Shown: positions 1 to 10,009, counted from the first letter of the whole stretch. The stretch is 62,412 nt of DNA, filler included, from 7 parts of 7 records of this genome joined end to end with filler, not necessarily neighbours in it; one strand, 5' to 3'. Notes: generated by a model from the letters alone, not told the origin. Made by a program: numbers and translations.

Positions 1-2
1 AC

Positions 3-28
3 AGGGTCGAGCCCTTAGGGCTGGACCC
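3..28. repeat. REP-like GC-rich palindrome
   Basis: GGGTCGAGCCC-TTA-GGGCTGGACCC, 11-bp arms with one mismatch, at the window edge. Confidence 0.5.
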
Positions 29-401
29 GGGTGCCTTGAAGACCAAATTTTCGAGATTTTCAGATAACACTCACACCAATATCCTACAATTCCTTAGACT
101 CATTTTCTTGCCGATCGAATGTCAGATTCTGCGCCTCCAATCTGCAGCCATTGGGCGCTTCAATTTGAAACTCGAAGCGCTTTGCCATAGGTTGTGAACA
201 TTGAGACTATCAGACGAAAGTCTACATCCCTTGAGACTTTAGACTCAGCGACAAACAAAATGGCTAGGAAAGCCTGAGACCGAAATGAAATGTAGGGCTC
301 AAAGCGCTCAGAAAGTGATGCGACCGCCGTTGAGATCGAAAATTAGAACGCAGATCCAGTAAGAGACACTTAACCTTTGAAATACATAGACTTAAGAGGC
401 A

Positions 402-812
402 TCAGCTGGTGCATAATTTGAGGCGAATTCGCTGTAATAACACCTGAAAACGACCCGAGAAAGCCGCGGCGACCAAACCGCCAAAACAGTCGGCCAACCA
501 GTCAAATACGTCGGCGAAACGGCCGGGAATAAAACTTTGATGGAGCTCGTCGTATATGCCAAAAAGTGCACAGAATGTGAAGGTCCAGAGTGCCAACCTA
601 CGTCCGCTGATTTTGCGATTTGCGTCGGCCGCAGCCACGAATATCAGGCCTAAAAACGCGTAGGCCAAAGCGTGTAAAACCTTATCTCCCAATGCGATAC
701 CAAGATCGGGATGCGGAGGCTGCGGCATGTGCGAAACCACACTGATTGCGATAACTGCCAAGACCAGCGGTGCGGTCATCAGGTGGCGATATTGTTTAGT
801 GGAAAGCTGCAT
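402..812 (-). CDS. VanZ-like family membrane protein
   Basis: DKVLHALAY and GIYDELHQSFIPGRFADVFDWLAD motifs; likely ATG at 812 rather than 920. Confidence 0.85.
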   Translation of the reverse strand: MQLSTKQYRHLMTAPLVLAVIAISVVSHMPQPPHPDLGIALGDKVLHALAYAFLGLIFVAAADANRKISGRRLALWTFTFCALFGIYDELHQSFIPGRFADVFDWLADCFGGLVAAAFSGRFQVLLQRIRLKLCTS

Positions 813-897
813 GAACAAAAATTCCGTGCGCAAAATCAGACTCAAAGGCGCAAAACTCGATGTAACAATTGACTGCGTAGACGGTATTTGAGTACAC

Positions 898-2448
898 CTA
901 AGTTCCGCGCAGGTTCGCAAATACTTTGCCCAGATTTTCGATTATATGAGAAGCTGTAAGCCCTTGCTCTGCATGCAGTTCCAGCGCCAGGTCTCCCGCC
1001 TGTGCATGTATCCACGCGCCCACGGCGGCAGCAATCTGCGAGCTTAGCCCCTGCCCAATTAACGCTGCAATTACTCCAGCCAAAACATCACCACTTCCGG
1101 CGGTTGCCATCCCGGGATTACCACCTGTATGCAGAAAACGTTTTTGACGTGAAATGATCCGCGTCGGCACTCCCTTAAGAAGCACATTTCGGCTAACCTT
1201 TTGTTGCCACAGCCCCAAATTTAGCTCCAAGTCTGAGAGGGCTTCCTCGCGAGTAATTCCAAGACCACGTGCAAACTCGCCGATGTGAGGAGTGCTGATT
1301 CGGTCGGGTGTCGTCGGTTGACTGTAAGCGGGCCAGATTGCCAGAGCATCGGCGTCCAGAATGCAGGTAAACGCCTCGGGCATGGTGCGCAGAAGCATTC
1401 CCACCAGTTCTAGAGTTTGGGGTTCGCGGCCAAGGCCTGGACCGATCAGAACAACATCACTCTTGGCAATTTCAGCCTGCAGCATCTCTGCAGCACGCAG
1501 TGAAATATAGCCCATGGGGTCGGCCGGCACTTGACGTAACATGACTTCCGGCAGCAATGAAGCATGCACGGCTGTTGTGCAAAGAGTCACAAGCCCAGCC
1601 CCGGCACTGATAGCTGCATTGGCACTCAATGTTATGGCACCAGGCATATTTTTTGAACCGCCGATAAGCAAAACACGACCATAATCAAATTTGCTGCTGT
1701 TTCGCTGACGCGGAGGCAAGAATTCGCGGACGTCGGAAGCTTCCAACTTGCAGTATGCACCACGATGTGCGTTGTGATCCGGCGGAGTTCCGATGCCGGC
1801 AATTGCGATTTTGCCACATACGGCCGGGCCCTGGTCCAGGTACATACCGATCTTGGCGGCCGACATTGTTATCGTAAGATCGGCACAAAAGGCATCCGGA
1901 CTTGCAGCGCCAGTCAGAGCATCGAGTCCTGTAGGAACGTCAATGGCGACGTGATGTGCGTGCCGCTTTTTGGTAAGGTCACGCACTTGCCTTAACAGTT
2001 CGGGAATTGGGCTGCGCAGCTGACTGCCGCCGCCTATTCCCAGGATGGCGTCTACAATGATGTTGGAGTAGCGCAATTGTTCTGCTATTTCAGCATGCTC
2101 TTCTGCGCGCAACACTTTAATCGGGAAGCCGGAGAGCATCTCCAGATTGTTACGTGTCTCCGGCGACATCCTGTCTGCGTCCCCGATCGAGACAACGCTG
2201 ACCTGCGCGACGTGGCTGAGGTGGCGCGCTAATGCAAATCCATCGCCGCCATTGTTGCCGGGTCCACATAAGACCATAACTGAAGCTGGAAGCGGGTCAA
2301 CTGATTCTTCTGAGAAAAAGCGTTCAGAAATGATATCGGCAGCCGAGCGCGCGGCATTTTCCATGAGGATTGAAGACGGAATCTTCAGCTCTTCAATGGC
2401 CGCATTATCGGACTCGCGCATCTGCGAAGGGGTGAGGATGTATTGCAT
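898..2448 (-). CDS. nnr: Bifunctional NAD(P)H-hydrate epimerase/dehydratase (YjeF)
   Basis: LMENAA, CGPGNNGGDG, IGPGLG, TPHIGEF, GNPGMATAGSGDVLAG; likely start MQYILT at 2448. Confidence 0.95.
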   Translation of the reverse strand: MQYILTPSQMRESDNAAIEELKIPSSILMENAARSAADIISERFFSEESVDPLPASVMVLCGPGNNGGDGFALARHLSHVAQVSVVSIGDADRMSPETRNNLEMLSGFPIKVLRAEEHAEIAEQLRYSNIIVDAILGIGGGSQLRSPIPELLRQVRDLTKKRHAHHVAIDVPTGLDALTGAASPDAFCADLTITMSAAKIGMYLDQGPAVCGKIAIAGIGTPPDHNAHRGAYCKLEASDVREFLPPRQRNSSKFDYGRVLLIGGSKNMPGAITLSANAAISAGAGLVTLCTTAVHASLLPEVMLRQVPADPMGYISLRAAEMLQAEIAKSDVVLIGPGLGREPQTLELVGMLLRTMPEAFTCILDADALAIWPAYSQPTTPDRISTPHIGEFARGLGITREEALSDLELNLGLWQQKVSRNVLLKGVPTRIISRQKRFLHTGGNPGMATAGSGDVLAGVIAALIGQGLSSQIAAAVGAWIHAQAGDLALELHAEQGLTASHIIENLGKVFANLRGT

Positions 2449-2616
2449 GGGAGCAAAACTATACATTCCCGCAATTGTGATCAAAGGCAGAGGGTGCGGG
2501 TTAAAATATTTTGACAATAAAACACCTGCCGGAATGTCTCCCTCTTTTTAGCTCTCCGCATTTGAAGCACAGCAGAGACAGCTCTGCACGAAATATCGGT
2601 TGACCCTGAGAGTCTG

Positions 2617-5600
2617 ATGGCAGGTAAAAACGTTAAGAAAGCTACCAAATCAGCCAAGACAAGCAAGGCAAATGGCGCCGCCGCCAAAGACACTGCAGCG
2701 CTGCATACCGGCAACGGTGTAAGTAGCTCCGGCGCACAACTGCCTGGTTCGATTGATGGTGAGCACACGCACATTGTGGTACGTGGTGCGCGCGAACACA
2801 ACCTAAAGAATATCAGTCTGGATATTCCGCGCGATCAGTTTGTAGTTATCACAGGGCTTTCCGGCTCGGGCAAATCCAGCCTGGCATTTGACACCTTATA
2901 TGCTGAAGGCCAAAGACGCTATGTGGAATCACTTTCCGTGTATGCGCGTCAGTTTTTGGGCATGATGGAAAAGCCCGATGTTGACGTAATTGAAGGCCTC
3001 TCTCCCGCTATTTCAATAGAACAGAAAACTGTTGGTCATAATCCGCGTTCTACGGTGGGCACGGTGACTGAAGTCTACGATTATATCCGGCTACTTTACT
3101 CCAAGATTGGCGTGCAGTACTGTGTGGATCACCCGGACATCCCGGTGCGCAAACAGTCGCTGGATCAAATCGCGAACATCATTCTTGAGCGCAACCTGGA
3201 TGAGCAGATATTCATCCTGGCACCGATTGTACGCGGCCGTAAGGGACACTACCGCGAGCAGTTTGAACAAATGCGCAAGGGCGGCTACACGCGCGTGCGT
3301 ATCGACGGTGAAATCCGGCGTGTGGAAGAGGGCATGCAGGTTGACAGATATAAGGTGCATGACATAGAAGTTGTGGTGGACCGCCTGCGAATCAAGGAAG
3401 GCTCCGACAAACGCCTGCGAGATTCCCTGGAGATTGCGCTCAACCTGGGTGATGACCTGGTGCAGATTCTGGTGGTTGAGGATGACGAAGTCAAACAGGA
3501 AACGCTGTACAACCGCAACAATGCCTGCCCGGCGTGCAATCGCTCTTACGAGCCGCTGGCCCCGAATGCATTCAGCTTTAACTCGCCGTATGGCGCCTGT
3601 AAAAGCTGCGAGGGCCTGGGCCTGATTCGCGACTTTGATCCGGAATTGTTAATCCCCGACCCCGAGCTTTCGCTGGATGATGGTGGCATTGCGCCGCTGG
3701 GAAAAGCGCGTGACACCTGGCTGTGGAAGACTGTAGGAGCCGTGTGTGAACACTTTGGCATTGATCGCACGGTGCCACTTAAAGAGATTGCCGACGAGAA
3801 AATCGACATTCTGCTGAACGGCGCCGGCAAGCAGGAATTCCCGGTGACTTATGTTTTCCAGTCCGGTAAGAGTGTTGTCTACAAACAGAAGTTTGGCGGT
3901 ATTCTGGAAAATACGCGCTCGCAGTACGACAAGACCAAGTCGGCCGCGATCCGCAGCAATATCGAACAGTTTATGGCGACGGTGACCTGCCCGACCTGCG
4001 ATGGTGGGCGGCTGCGTGCCGGAAGTCTCTCAGTCCTGATCCAGGGTGCTTCGATTCGCGACGTGACGGCATTCACGATTGAAGAGGCGCGCGAATACTT
4101 CGGTGCGTTGAAGTTAAGTGAGCGTGAGATGATAATCGGCGCGCTGATTCTAAAAGAAATTGTCTCGCGCCTGCGTTTTCTGAACGACGTGGGGCTGCAG
4201 TACTTAACACTTAACCGCGCCGCACGCTCGCTTTCGGGCGGAGAAGCGCAGCGGATACGCCTGGCATCACAGATCGGCTCGCAGCTGGTGGGTGTGATGT
4301 ATGTGCTGGATGAGCCGAGTATTGGCCTGCATCAGCACGACAACGGCAAATTGATTGACTCGCTCAAGAATCTGCGCGACCTGGGCAATACGGTTCTGGT
4401 TGTTGAACACGACCGTGAGATGATAGAGAAGTCGGACTATCTGATTGACCTGGGCCCGCGCGCCGGAGTGCATGGCGGTGAAGTTATTCTGGCCAGCGAG
4501 CCGAGTGCCTTAAACAAGATGTCCGATAAAGAAATGGCGGCTTCGCTAACGGTGCAGTATTTAACGGATCGCAAGTTAATTGAGATGCGTGCTGAGCGGC
4601 GCAGCGGCAATGAAAAGTTTTTGATTCTCTCCGGCGCACGCGGCAACAACTTACGCAGTGTTAACCTGTGCATTCCGTTGGAGACTTTCACCTGTGTGAC
4701 GGGAATGAGTGGATCGGGTAAATCGACCCTGATTAACAAAACACTGTTCCCGATCCTTTCGCAGAAATTTTACCGCTCCAAAACACGGCCGATGCCCTAC
4801 TCAACGATTGAGGGGCTGGAGCACGTAGACAAAGTGATTGAGATTGACCAGACGGCGATTGGACGGACACCGCGTTCGAATCCGGCGACGTATACTGGTC
4901 TCTTCACCATGATTCGCGACTTGTTTGCGCAGCTGCCTGAGTCCAAGATTCGCGGTTATAAACCTGGACGTTTTTCGTTTAACGTCGTGGGTGGACGCTG
5001 TGAAGAATGCCAGGGTGACGGTGTTAAGAAGATTGAGATGAACTTCCTGCCGGATGTTTACGTGGAGTGTGACGTGTGTTTTGGGCGCCGCTACAACCAC
5101 GAGACTCTGCAGGTCACCTATCGCAACAAATCAATTTCTGACGTCCTGCAGATGACGGTTGAAGAAGCTCTTGAATTCTTCAAGGACATTCCCAAGATTC
5201 AGCGCAAAGCCCAGGCCCTGTTTGACGTTGGCCTGACATACGTGCACCTGGGTCAGCAGGCAACCACACTTTCCGGTGGTGAGGCGCAGCGTGTTAAGCT
5301 GGCTACGGAACTGGCCAAAGTTGGTACAGGTAAAACCCTGTACATCCTGGATGAACCAACGACGGGGTTGCACTTTGAGGATATTGACATCCTCCTGAAG
5401 CTGCTTCACAGACTGGTTGACAAGGGCAACACAGTTTTGGTAATTGAACACAACCTGGACGTTGTTAAAACTGCGGACTGGGTAATCGATTTGGGACCTG
5501 GCGGCGGTAAACACGGCGGACAAATCATTGCCGAAGGTACGCCTGAAATGGTTGTGCAGGAAGCTGACTCACTGACGGGAAGTTACCTGCAGGCTGAGCT

Positions 5601-5628
5601 GGACAGGCACCTACCCGCCTCCAGTTAA
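2617..5628 (+). CDS. uvrA: Excinuclease ABC subunit A
   Basis: GAREHNLKNI, two Walker A (GLSGSGKS, GMSGSGKS), two LSGGEAQR signatures, Zn-finger CxxC pairs. Confidence 0.98.
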   Translation: MAGKNVKKATKSAKTSKANGAAAKDTAALHTGNGVSSSGAQLPGSIDGEHTHIVVRGAREHNLKNISLDIPRDQFVVITGLSGSGKSSLAFDTLYAEGQRRYVESLSVYARQFLGMMEKPDVDVIEGLSPAISIEQKTVGHNPRSTVGTVTEVYDYIRLLYSKIGVQYCVDHPDIPVRKQSLDQIANIILERNLDEQIFILAPIVRGRKGHYREQFEQMRKGGYTRVRIDGEIRRVEEGMQVDRYKVHDIEVVVDRLRIKEGSDKRLRDSLEIALNLGDDLVQILVVEDDEVKQETLYNRNNACPACNRSYEPLAPNAFSFNSPYGACKSCEGLGLIRDFDPELLIPDPELSLDDGGIAPLGKARDTWLWKTVGAVCEHFGIDRTVPLKEIADEKIDILLNGAGKQEFPVTYVFQSGKSVVYKQKFGGILENTRSQYDKTKSAAIRSNIEQFMATVTCPTCDGGRLRAGSLSVLIQGASIRDVTAFTIEEAREYFGALKLSEREMIIGALILKEIVSRLRFLNDVGLQYLTLNRAARSLSGGEAQRIRLASQIGSQLVGVMYVLDEPSIGLHQHDNGKLIDSLKNLRDLGNTVLVVEHDREMIEKSDYLIDLGPRAGVHGGEVILASEPSALNKMSDKEMAASLTVQYLTDRKLIEMRAERRSGNEKFLILSGARGNNLRSVNLCIPLETFTCVTGMSGSGKSTLINKTLFPILSQKFYRSKTRPMPYSTIEGLEHVDKVIEIDQTAIGRTPRSNPATYTGLFTMIRDLFAQLPESKIRGYKPGRFSFNVVGGRCEECQGDGVKKIEMNFLPDVYVECDVCFGRRYNHETLQVTYRNKSISDVLQMTVEEALEFFKDIPKIQRKAQALFDVGLTYVHLGQQATTLSGGEAQRVKLATELAKVGTGKTLYILDEPTTGLHFEDIDILLKLLHRLVDKGNTVLVIEHNLDVVKTADWVIDLGPGGGKHGGQIIAEGTPEMVVQEADSLTGSYLQAELDRHLPASS

Positions 5629-5790
5629 TTGCGGCGCCGGAACGCGGCCTGAACATCACCGGCAAATATGCCCCACGGGCCCCGTGAAAGAGGCGACCTA
5701 CCGGCCCTCCCGGTGCAGAAATTTTCGTATATTGAGAGTCTTTATCTTAAATCTTACTGGCTAATCTGGAATAGAGAAGGAAGTGGCCGC

Positions 5791-6534
5791 ATGAATATCC
5801 TGGTTGGTATTTCACGGGTACCTGATACAGCAACAAAAATTGCAATTGACGCCTCTGGAAACTCGATTTCCGCCAAAGGTGTCAAGTTCATCGTCAACCC
5901 ATATGACGAGTACGCTATTGAGGAAGCCCTTCAGCTGAAGAAAAAACACGGTGGCACGGTTACGGCTGTCACGGTAGCTGACGACGGCGGCAAAGAATCA
6001 CTGCGTTCCGCACTGGCGATGGGCGTAGACAAGGCGATCCTGATTAAAGATGGTGAAGGTCGCGATAGTTTTGGTGTAGCCTCCGCACTCAGCGAACTGG
6101 CAAACAGTGATTTTGACCTGGTCCTGCTGGGACGCCAAAGCATTGACTACGATTCATTCCAAATGACAGGTTTGCTGAGCGAGCTTCTCGGCTGGCCGTC
6201 GCTGACAGTAGTCTCCAAACTGGATATTGCCGACGGCAAGATCAGTGCCGAGCGCGATATTGAAGGTGGTAAGGAAAGCGTGACCAGCGCCCTTCCCTGT
6301 GTAATCTCCGTCCAGAAAGGTATCAATGAGCCTCGTTACCCGAAGCTGCCTGATATCATTAAAGCCAAGAAAAAGCCGATCGAAGAGCGCGAAGCCGCCA
6401 GTGTACCGGCGCGCGTAACAGTCCAGAGCATGGAAATGCCACCTGCCAAGTCCGGTGGTGTAGTCCTGGGCGATTCAGCCGACGACATTAAGGAGTTGGT
6501 CCGCCTGCTGCGCGAAGACGCAAAGGTTATCTGA
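5791..6534 (+). CDS. etfB: Electron transfer flavoprotein beta subunit
   Basis: VPDT, NPYDEYAIEEAL, ALAMGVD, GRQSIDYD, NEPRYP; ATG 5791 after GAAGGA. Confidence 0.95.
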   Translation: MNILVGISRVPDTATKIAIDASGNSISAKGVKFIVNPYDEYAIEEALQLKKKHGGTVTAVTVADDGGKESLRSALAMGVDKAILIKDGEGRDSFGVASALSELANSDFDLVLLGRQSIDYDSFQMTGLLSELLGWPSLTVVSKLDIADGKISAERDIEGGKESVTSALPCVISVQKGINEPRYPKLPDIIKAKKKPIEEREAASVPARVTVQSMEMPPAKSGGVVLGDSADDIKELVRLLREDAKVI

Positions 6535-6630
6535 TTCCGCTGGAACCAACGAGTTTCAGAACTACTTGTCCGCACTCGGTGATTTAACTCTCAATCGGAT
6601 TTTCTGTCAAACAGATTTACTAGCGACACT

Positions 6631-7617
6631 ATGAAAGTTCTAGCTTACCTCGAAACGCAGGAAGGCGCCTTCAAGAAGAGCGCATTCGAAGCAATAAAAG
6701 CCGCACGTCACATCGCCGAACTGATTGGTGGTGAGTGCGCCGGAGTCACTGCCGGAATCAGCCCGGAAAACATCCAGACAGCCGGCAAATACGGACTGGA
6801 AAACTGCTATACGCTGGACCACGCCTCCATGGAGCAGCCGAACGCGGCCGCCCTGGCGCAGGCAGTCAGTGGCCTGGCTGAAAAAGAATCCTTCCAGATC
6901 GTAGTTTTTCCAGCTACTTCCCTCGGTAAAGAAGCCGCACCACGCGTGGCAGTGCGCCTGCAAGGTGGCCTGGTGGCCGACGTGGTTGACGTCAAGCGCG
7001 ACGGCGACTGTCTGCATGCCATTAAACCAGTCTATGCCGGTAAAGCGCTTGCCACGGTCAAGGTGGAAGTACCACAGCAGATTTACACAATCCGCCCCAA
7101 CATCTTTACAGCTACTATGACTGACGCTGCGGCCACGGTCAACGTAAGTGGGTTTGCGCCAACTTTAGACGATGTAGCTGGTAAGACTAACATTACGGGC
7201 GTAACGCGCAACACGGGCAAGCTGGACGTTGCGGAGGCTGAGATTATCGTATCCGGTGGACGCGGCCTTAAAGGGCCGGAAAACTTCTACCTGATCGAGG
7301 ATCTGGCAACTGCATTTGGTGCGGCCGTTGGTGCTTCACGTGCAGTTGTTGACGCCGGCTGGCGTCCGCACTCCGAGCAGGTTGGCCAAACGGGAAAAAC
7401 CGTATCGCCGAATTTGTATGTGGCATGTGGTATCTCCGGCGCCGTTCAGCACCTGGCCGGAATGTCCTCATCCAAAAACATCGTAGCGGTGAACAAGGAC
7501 GCCAATGCGCCAATTTTCCAGGTCGCAGACTATGGAATCGTTGGTGATGTCTTTGAAGTTCTGCCGACACTGACGGCCCAGATCGGTGAAGCCACGGGTA
7601 ATCCCGCCAAAGCCTGA
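6631..7617 (+). CDS. etfA: Electron transfer flavoprotein alpha subunit
   Basis: IIVSGGRG, GASRAVVDAGW, QVGQTGK, GISGAVQHLAGM. Confidence 0.97.
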   Translation: MKVLAYLETQEGAFKKSAFEAIKAARHIAELIGGECAGVTAGISPENIQTAGKYGLENCYTLDHASMEQPNAAALAQAVSGLAEKESFQIVVFPATSLGKEAAPRVAVRLQGGLVADVVDVKRDGDCLHAIKPVYAGKALATVKVEVPQQIYTIRPNIFTATMTDAAATVNVSGFAPTLDDVAGKTNITGVTRNTGKLDVAEAEIIVSGGRGLKGPENFYLIEDLATAFGAAVGASRAVVDAGWRPHSEQVGQTGKTVSPNLYVACGISGAVQHLAGMSSSKNIVAVNKDANAPIFQVADYGIVGDVFEVLPTLTAQIGEATGNPAKA

Positions 7618-7636
7618 TCTCTGCCGGACAGTAAAA

Positions 7637-7682
7637 TATTTGATTGGGCCGCCAGGGTTTTACAGTGGCGGCCCCTCAAATA
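7637..7682. terminator. Extended stem-loop after etfA
   Basis: TATTTGA-TT-GGGCCGCC...GGCGGCCC-C-TCAAATA; no clear U-tract. Confidence 0.45.
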
Positions 7683-7875
7683 CAGCAGATGAAACAGGTC
7701 GATAGACATCTTTGTAAGACAGTGTTCCGGATAGAATTTTGGGCAGTTTCGGAGCCAAAGCAATGAAACCGCCCCTTGGATCGTATCAAGAGTTCGTGGA
7801 GTGCGCAATTTTAACGGCATATTCGTATGCCGCCGCGCAGCTCCAATTCAACCGAACCAAAGGCAAAAGATAGTA

Positions 7876-8490
7876 GTGCAAAAGATAGAAGTAGAAATCC
7901 TCGGCCTCTCAACCAGCCCGGCAAGCAACGGTTATGCACTGATCTTGCAGGAAAAGAATGGTGTGCGGCGCTTGCCGATCATGATTGAAGCCGCGCAGGC
8001 TCAAGCCATCGCGCTTGAAATGGAAAGTATCAAGTCACAGCGTCCCATGACGCATGACTTGCTCAAGGCCGTCATTGAGACTTTGGGTACGACGCTCGTA
8101 GAAGTTCTGATCAATGACATTCAGGATTCAACCTTCTTTGCGCGCCTTGTGCTGGACTCCACTGAAGACGGTGTCGATGCTCGCCCCAGTGATGCAATTG
8201 CGCTGGCAGTGCGATTTAATGCTCCAATCTTTGTAGCAATTGAAGTCATGGAAGAAGCATCGTTTGAGGCTGAAGGCGCCGATGATTCCGAAGAACATGA
8301 TAGCGAAGCAGAGACGGAATCCTATACAACCAAAGCCGGTACTGAAAGCAGCTCCGGAAAGGTTGTTCAGTCTCCTTCACGCCTGGAAATTCTGGCGCAG
8401 GAACTTCAAAAAGCCATTGAAAAAGAAGAATACGAAACCGCCGCGGTCATTCGCGACGAGATCAATAAACTGGGTGGATCTGTCGATTAA
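7876..8490 (+). CDS. Bifunctional nuclease (DUF151) with C-terminal UVR domain
   Basis: RRLPIMI, RPMTHDL, DARPSDAIALA, then LQKAIEKEEYETAAVIRDEI; probable GTG start. Confidence 0.9.
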   Translation: MQKIEVEILGLSTSPASNGYALILQEKNGVRRLPIMIEAAQAQAIALEMESIKSQRPMTHDLLKAVIETLGTTLVEVLINDIQDSTFFARLVLDSTEDGVDARPSDAIALAVRFNAPIFVAIEVMEEASFEAEGADDSEEHDSEAETESYTTKAGTESSSGKVVQSPSRLEILAQELQKAIEKEEYETAAVIRDEINKLGGSVD

Positions 8491-8595
8491 AAGCTTGACT
8501 TCTACCGAAGTGCTTTTAAGTGCAAATTAAATGCTTCGCGATGTTAAATTATGTTGCTCCAGAGCAAAAACAATGTTAACTTGCGGGCTTTAGTA

Positions 8596-8625
8596 GGCGG
8601 AGTAGCTCAGTTGGTTAGAGCAGCG
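8596..8625 (+). tRNA. tRNA 5' fragment, probably tRNA-Met, truncated by contig end
   Basis: GGCGGAGTAGCTCAGTTGGTTAGAGCAGCG acceptor 5' strand plus D-arm; anticodon not visible; nearly identical to the fragment at 35360. Confidence 0.75.
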
Positions 8626-8725
8626 NNNNNNNNNNNNNNNNNNNNNNNNNNNNNNNNNNNNNNNNNNNNTTAATTAATTAANNNNNNNNNNNNNNNNNNN
8701 NNNNNNNNNNNNNNNNNNNNNNNNN
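8626..8725. other. Artificial contig linker
   Basis: 44 N + TTAATTAATTAA (stops in all six frames) + 44 N. Confidence 0.99.
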
Positions 8726-9106
8726 GAAGCCTTTCCGTTGACCTGTTCGCAGGCACGGGCGGAAGGCGCGATGCGCATGCTGCGCACTGGGATCATTTCC
8801 GAAGTGAAACGGATCCTCCGCAATCGCCATGACGTAACGACACAGACGGATTTCGCCGACCGGTGCGACGCCTTTGCCCCCCTAGTGAGTGACCTGCGCT
8901 CAAAATCCTACTTTGTCGAAAGCGCCGAGGAATATGTCGCGGTCCCGGACCTGATCGAAGACCCTGATCTGCTCAATGATGCGCGCCAATTTATGCGTCG
9001 CAAGGGTCGTGAATGCCTCGCGGAAGCCGATCGGCTCGATGCGCTCTACGCAGCCGTGACCGGCAAAGATCAGGCGAATGTTGCGCAGGATGAGGTGCAG
9101 CCATGA
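8726..9106 (+). CDS. Phage hypothetical protein, 5'-truncated
   Basis: Open frame from the contig edge; ATGA overlap with the next gene. Confidence 0.65.
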   Translation, partial: EAFPLTCSQARAEGAMRMLRTGIISEVKRILRNRHDVTTQTDFADRCDAFAPLVSDLRSKSYFVESAEEYVAVPDLIEDPDLLNDARQFMRRKGRECLAEADRLDALYAAVTGKDQANVAQDEVQP

Positions 9107-9996
9107 CCGGCGCTCTCCCCATCATCACCGCCGATCAGCGAATGGCGGAATCCCGTGGCATCAAGGGCGTGATCTTTGGCCGCTCAGGGATTGGCAAAAC
9201 CAGCCTGCTCTGGACGCTTCGGAACTCGACAACGCTGTTCTTCGACCTCGAAGCCGGTGATCTGGCGATCGAAGGTCTGGCGGTGGATGCGATCCGGCCG
9301 CGCACCTGGACGGAATGCCGCGATTTCGCGGTGTTCATCGGCGGGCCGAACCCGGCGCTACGCGACGATCAGGTTTACAGCGCCGCCCATTACGCAGCCG
9401 TTTGCCAGAAGTTCGGCGACCCTGCAGCGCTCGACAAGTACGACACGGTGTTCATCGACTCGATCACCGTGGCCGGACGGCTCTGCTTCCAATGGTGCAA
9501 GGGCCAGCCCGAGGCGCATTCGGAAAAAACCGGCAAGCCCGATGTGCGCGGTGCCTATGGGCTGCATGGGCGCGAGATGATCGCCTGGCTGACCCATCTG
9601 CAGCACACGCGGGGCAAGAACATCTGGTTTGTGGGCATCCTCGACGAGAAGCTCGATGACTTCAATCGCAAGGTCTTTGTGCCCCAGATCGATGGCAGCA
9701 AGACTGGCCTCGAACTGCCGGGGATCGTCGATCAGGTCATCACCATGGCCGAGATCAAGGGCGACGGTGATCAGCTGCAACGCGGCTTCGTTTGTCAAAC
9801 TCTGAACCCTTGGGGCTACCCCGCCAAGGACCGCTCGGGTCGTCTCGATCTGATCGAGCCGCCGCATCTGGGTCATCTGATGGACAAGATCCGAGGCCCC
9901 CTCGTGCCCGCTGAACGCCGCCTGACCTACCAGCCGCCTCAGCTTCCGAAGCCGTCCCCTGCGACGGCTGAAACCCCCAATGCTTCCTCCAACTGA
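9103..9996 (+). CDS. Phage AAA_24 (Sak4-like) ATP-binding protein
   Basis: Walker A GRSGIGKT, FFDLEAG, Walker B VFIDSIT, C-terminal PAKDRSGRL. Confidence 0.85.
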   Translation: MTGALPIITADQRMAESRGIKGVIFGRSGIGKTSLLWTLRNSTTLFFDLEAGDLAIEGLAVDAIRPRTWTECRDFAVFIGGPNPALRDDQVYSAAHYAAVCQKFGDPAALDKYDTVFIDSITVAGRLCFQWCKGQPEAHSEKTGKPDVRGAYGLHGREMIAWLTHLQHTRGKNIWFVGILDEKLDDFNRKVFVPQIDGSKTGLELPGIVDQVITMAEIKGDGDQLQRGFVCQTLNPWGYPAKDRSGRLDLIEPPHLGHLMDKIRGPLVPAERRLTYQPPQLPKPSPATAETPNASSN

Positions 9997-10009
9997 AAGG
10001 ACCCGAGCC

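Noticed and set aside
84..188. 34-aa minus-strand ORF (MAKRFEFQ...) within the repeat-rich region
   Set aside because: Short, with no RBS or motif; compatible with chance.
5631..5715. GC-rich hairpins between uvrA and etfB as a riboswitch
   Set aside because: Only short stems (CACGGG/CCCGTG) and no recognisable aptamer consensus.
8626..8725. Recurrent TTAATTAATTAA flanked by N runs (six copies)
   Set aside because: Artificial concatenation linker with six-frame stops; not a biological repeat.
8596..9106. Prophage apparently integrated at the tRNA ending at 8625
   Set aside because: The two sides are separate contigs with different composition and apparent taxonomy; the adjacency is an artefact.
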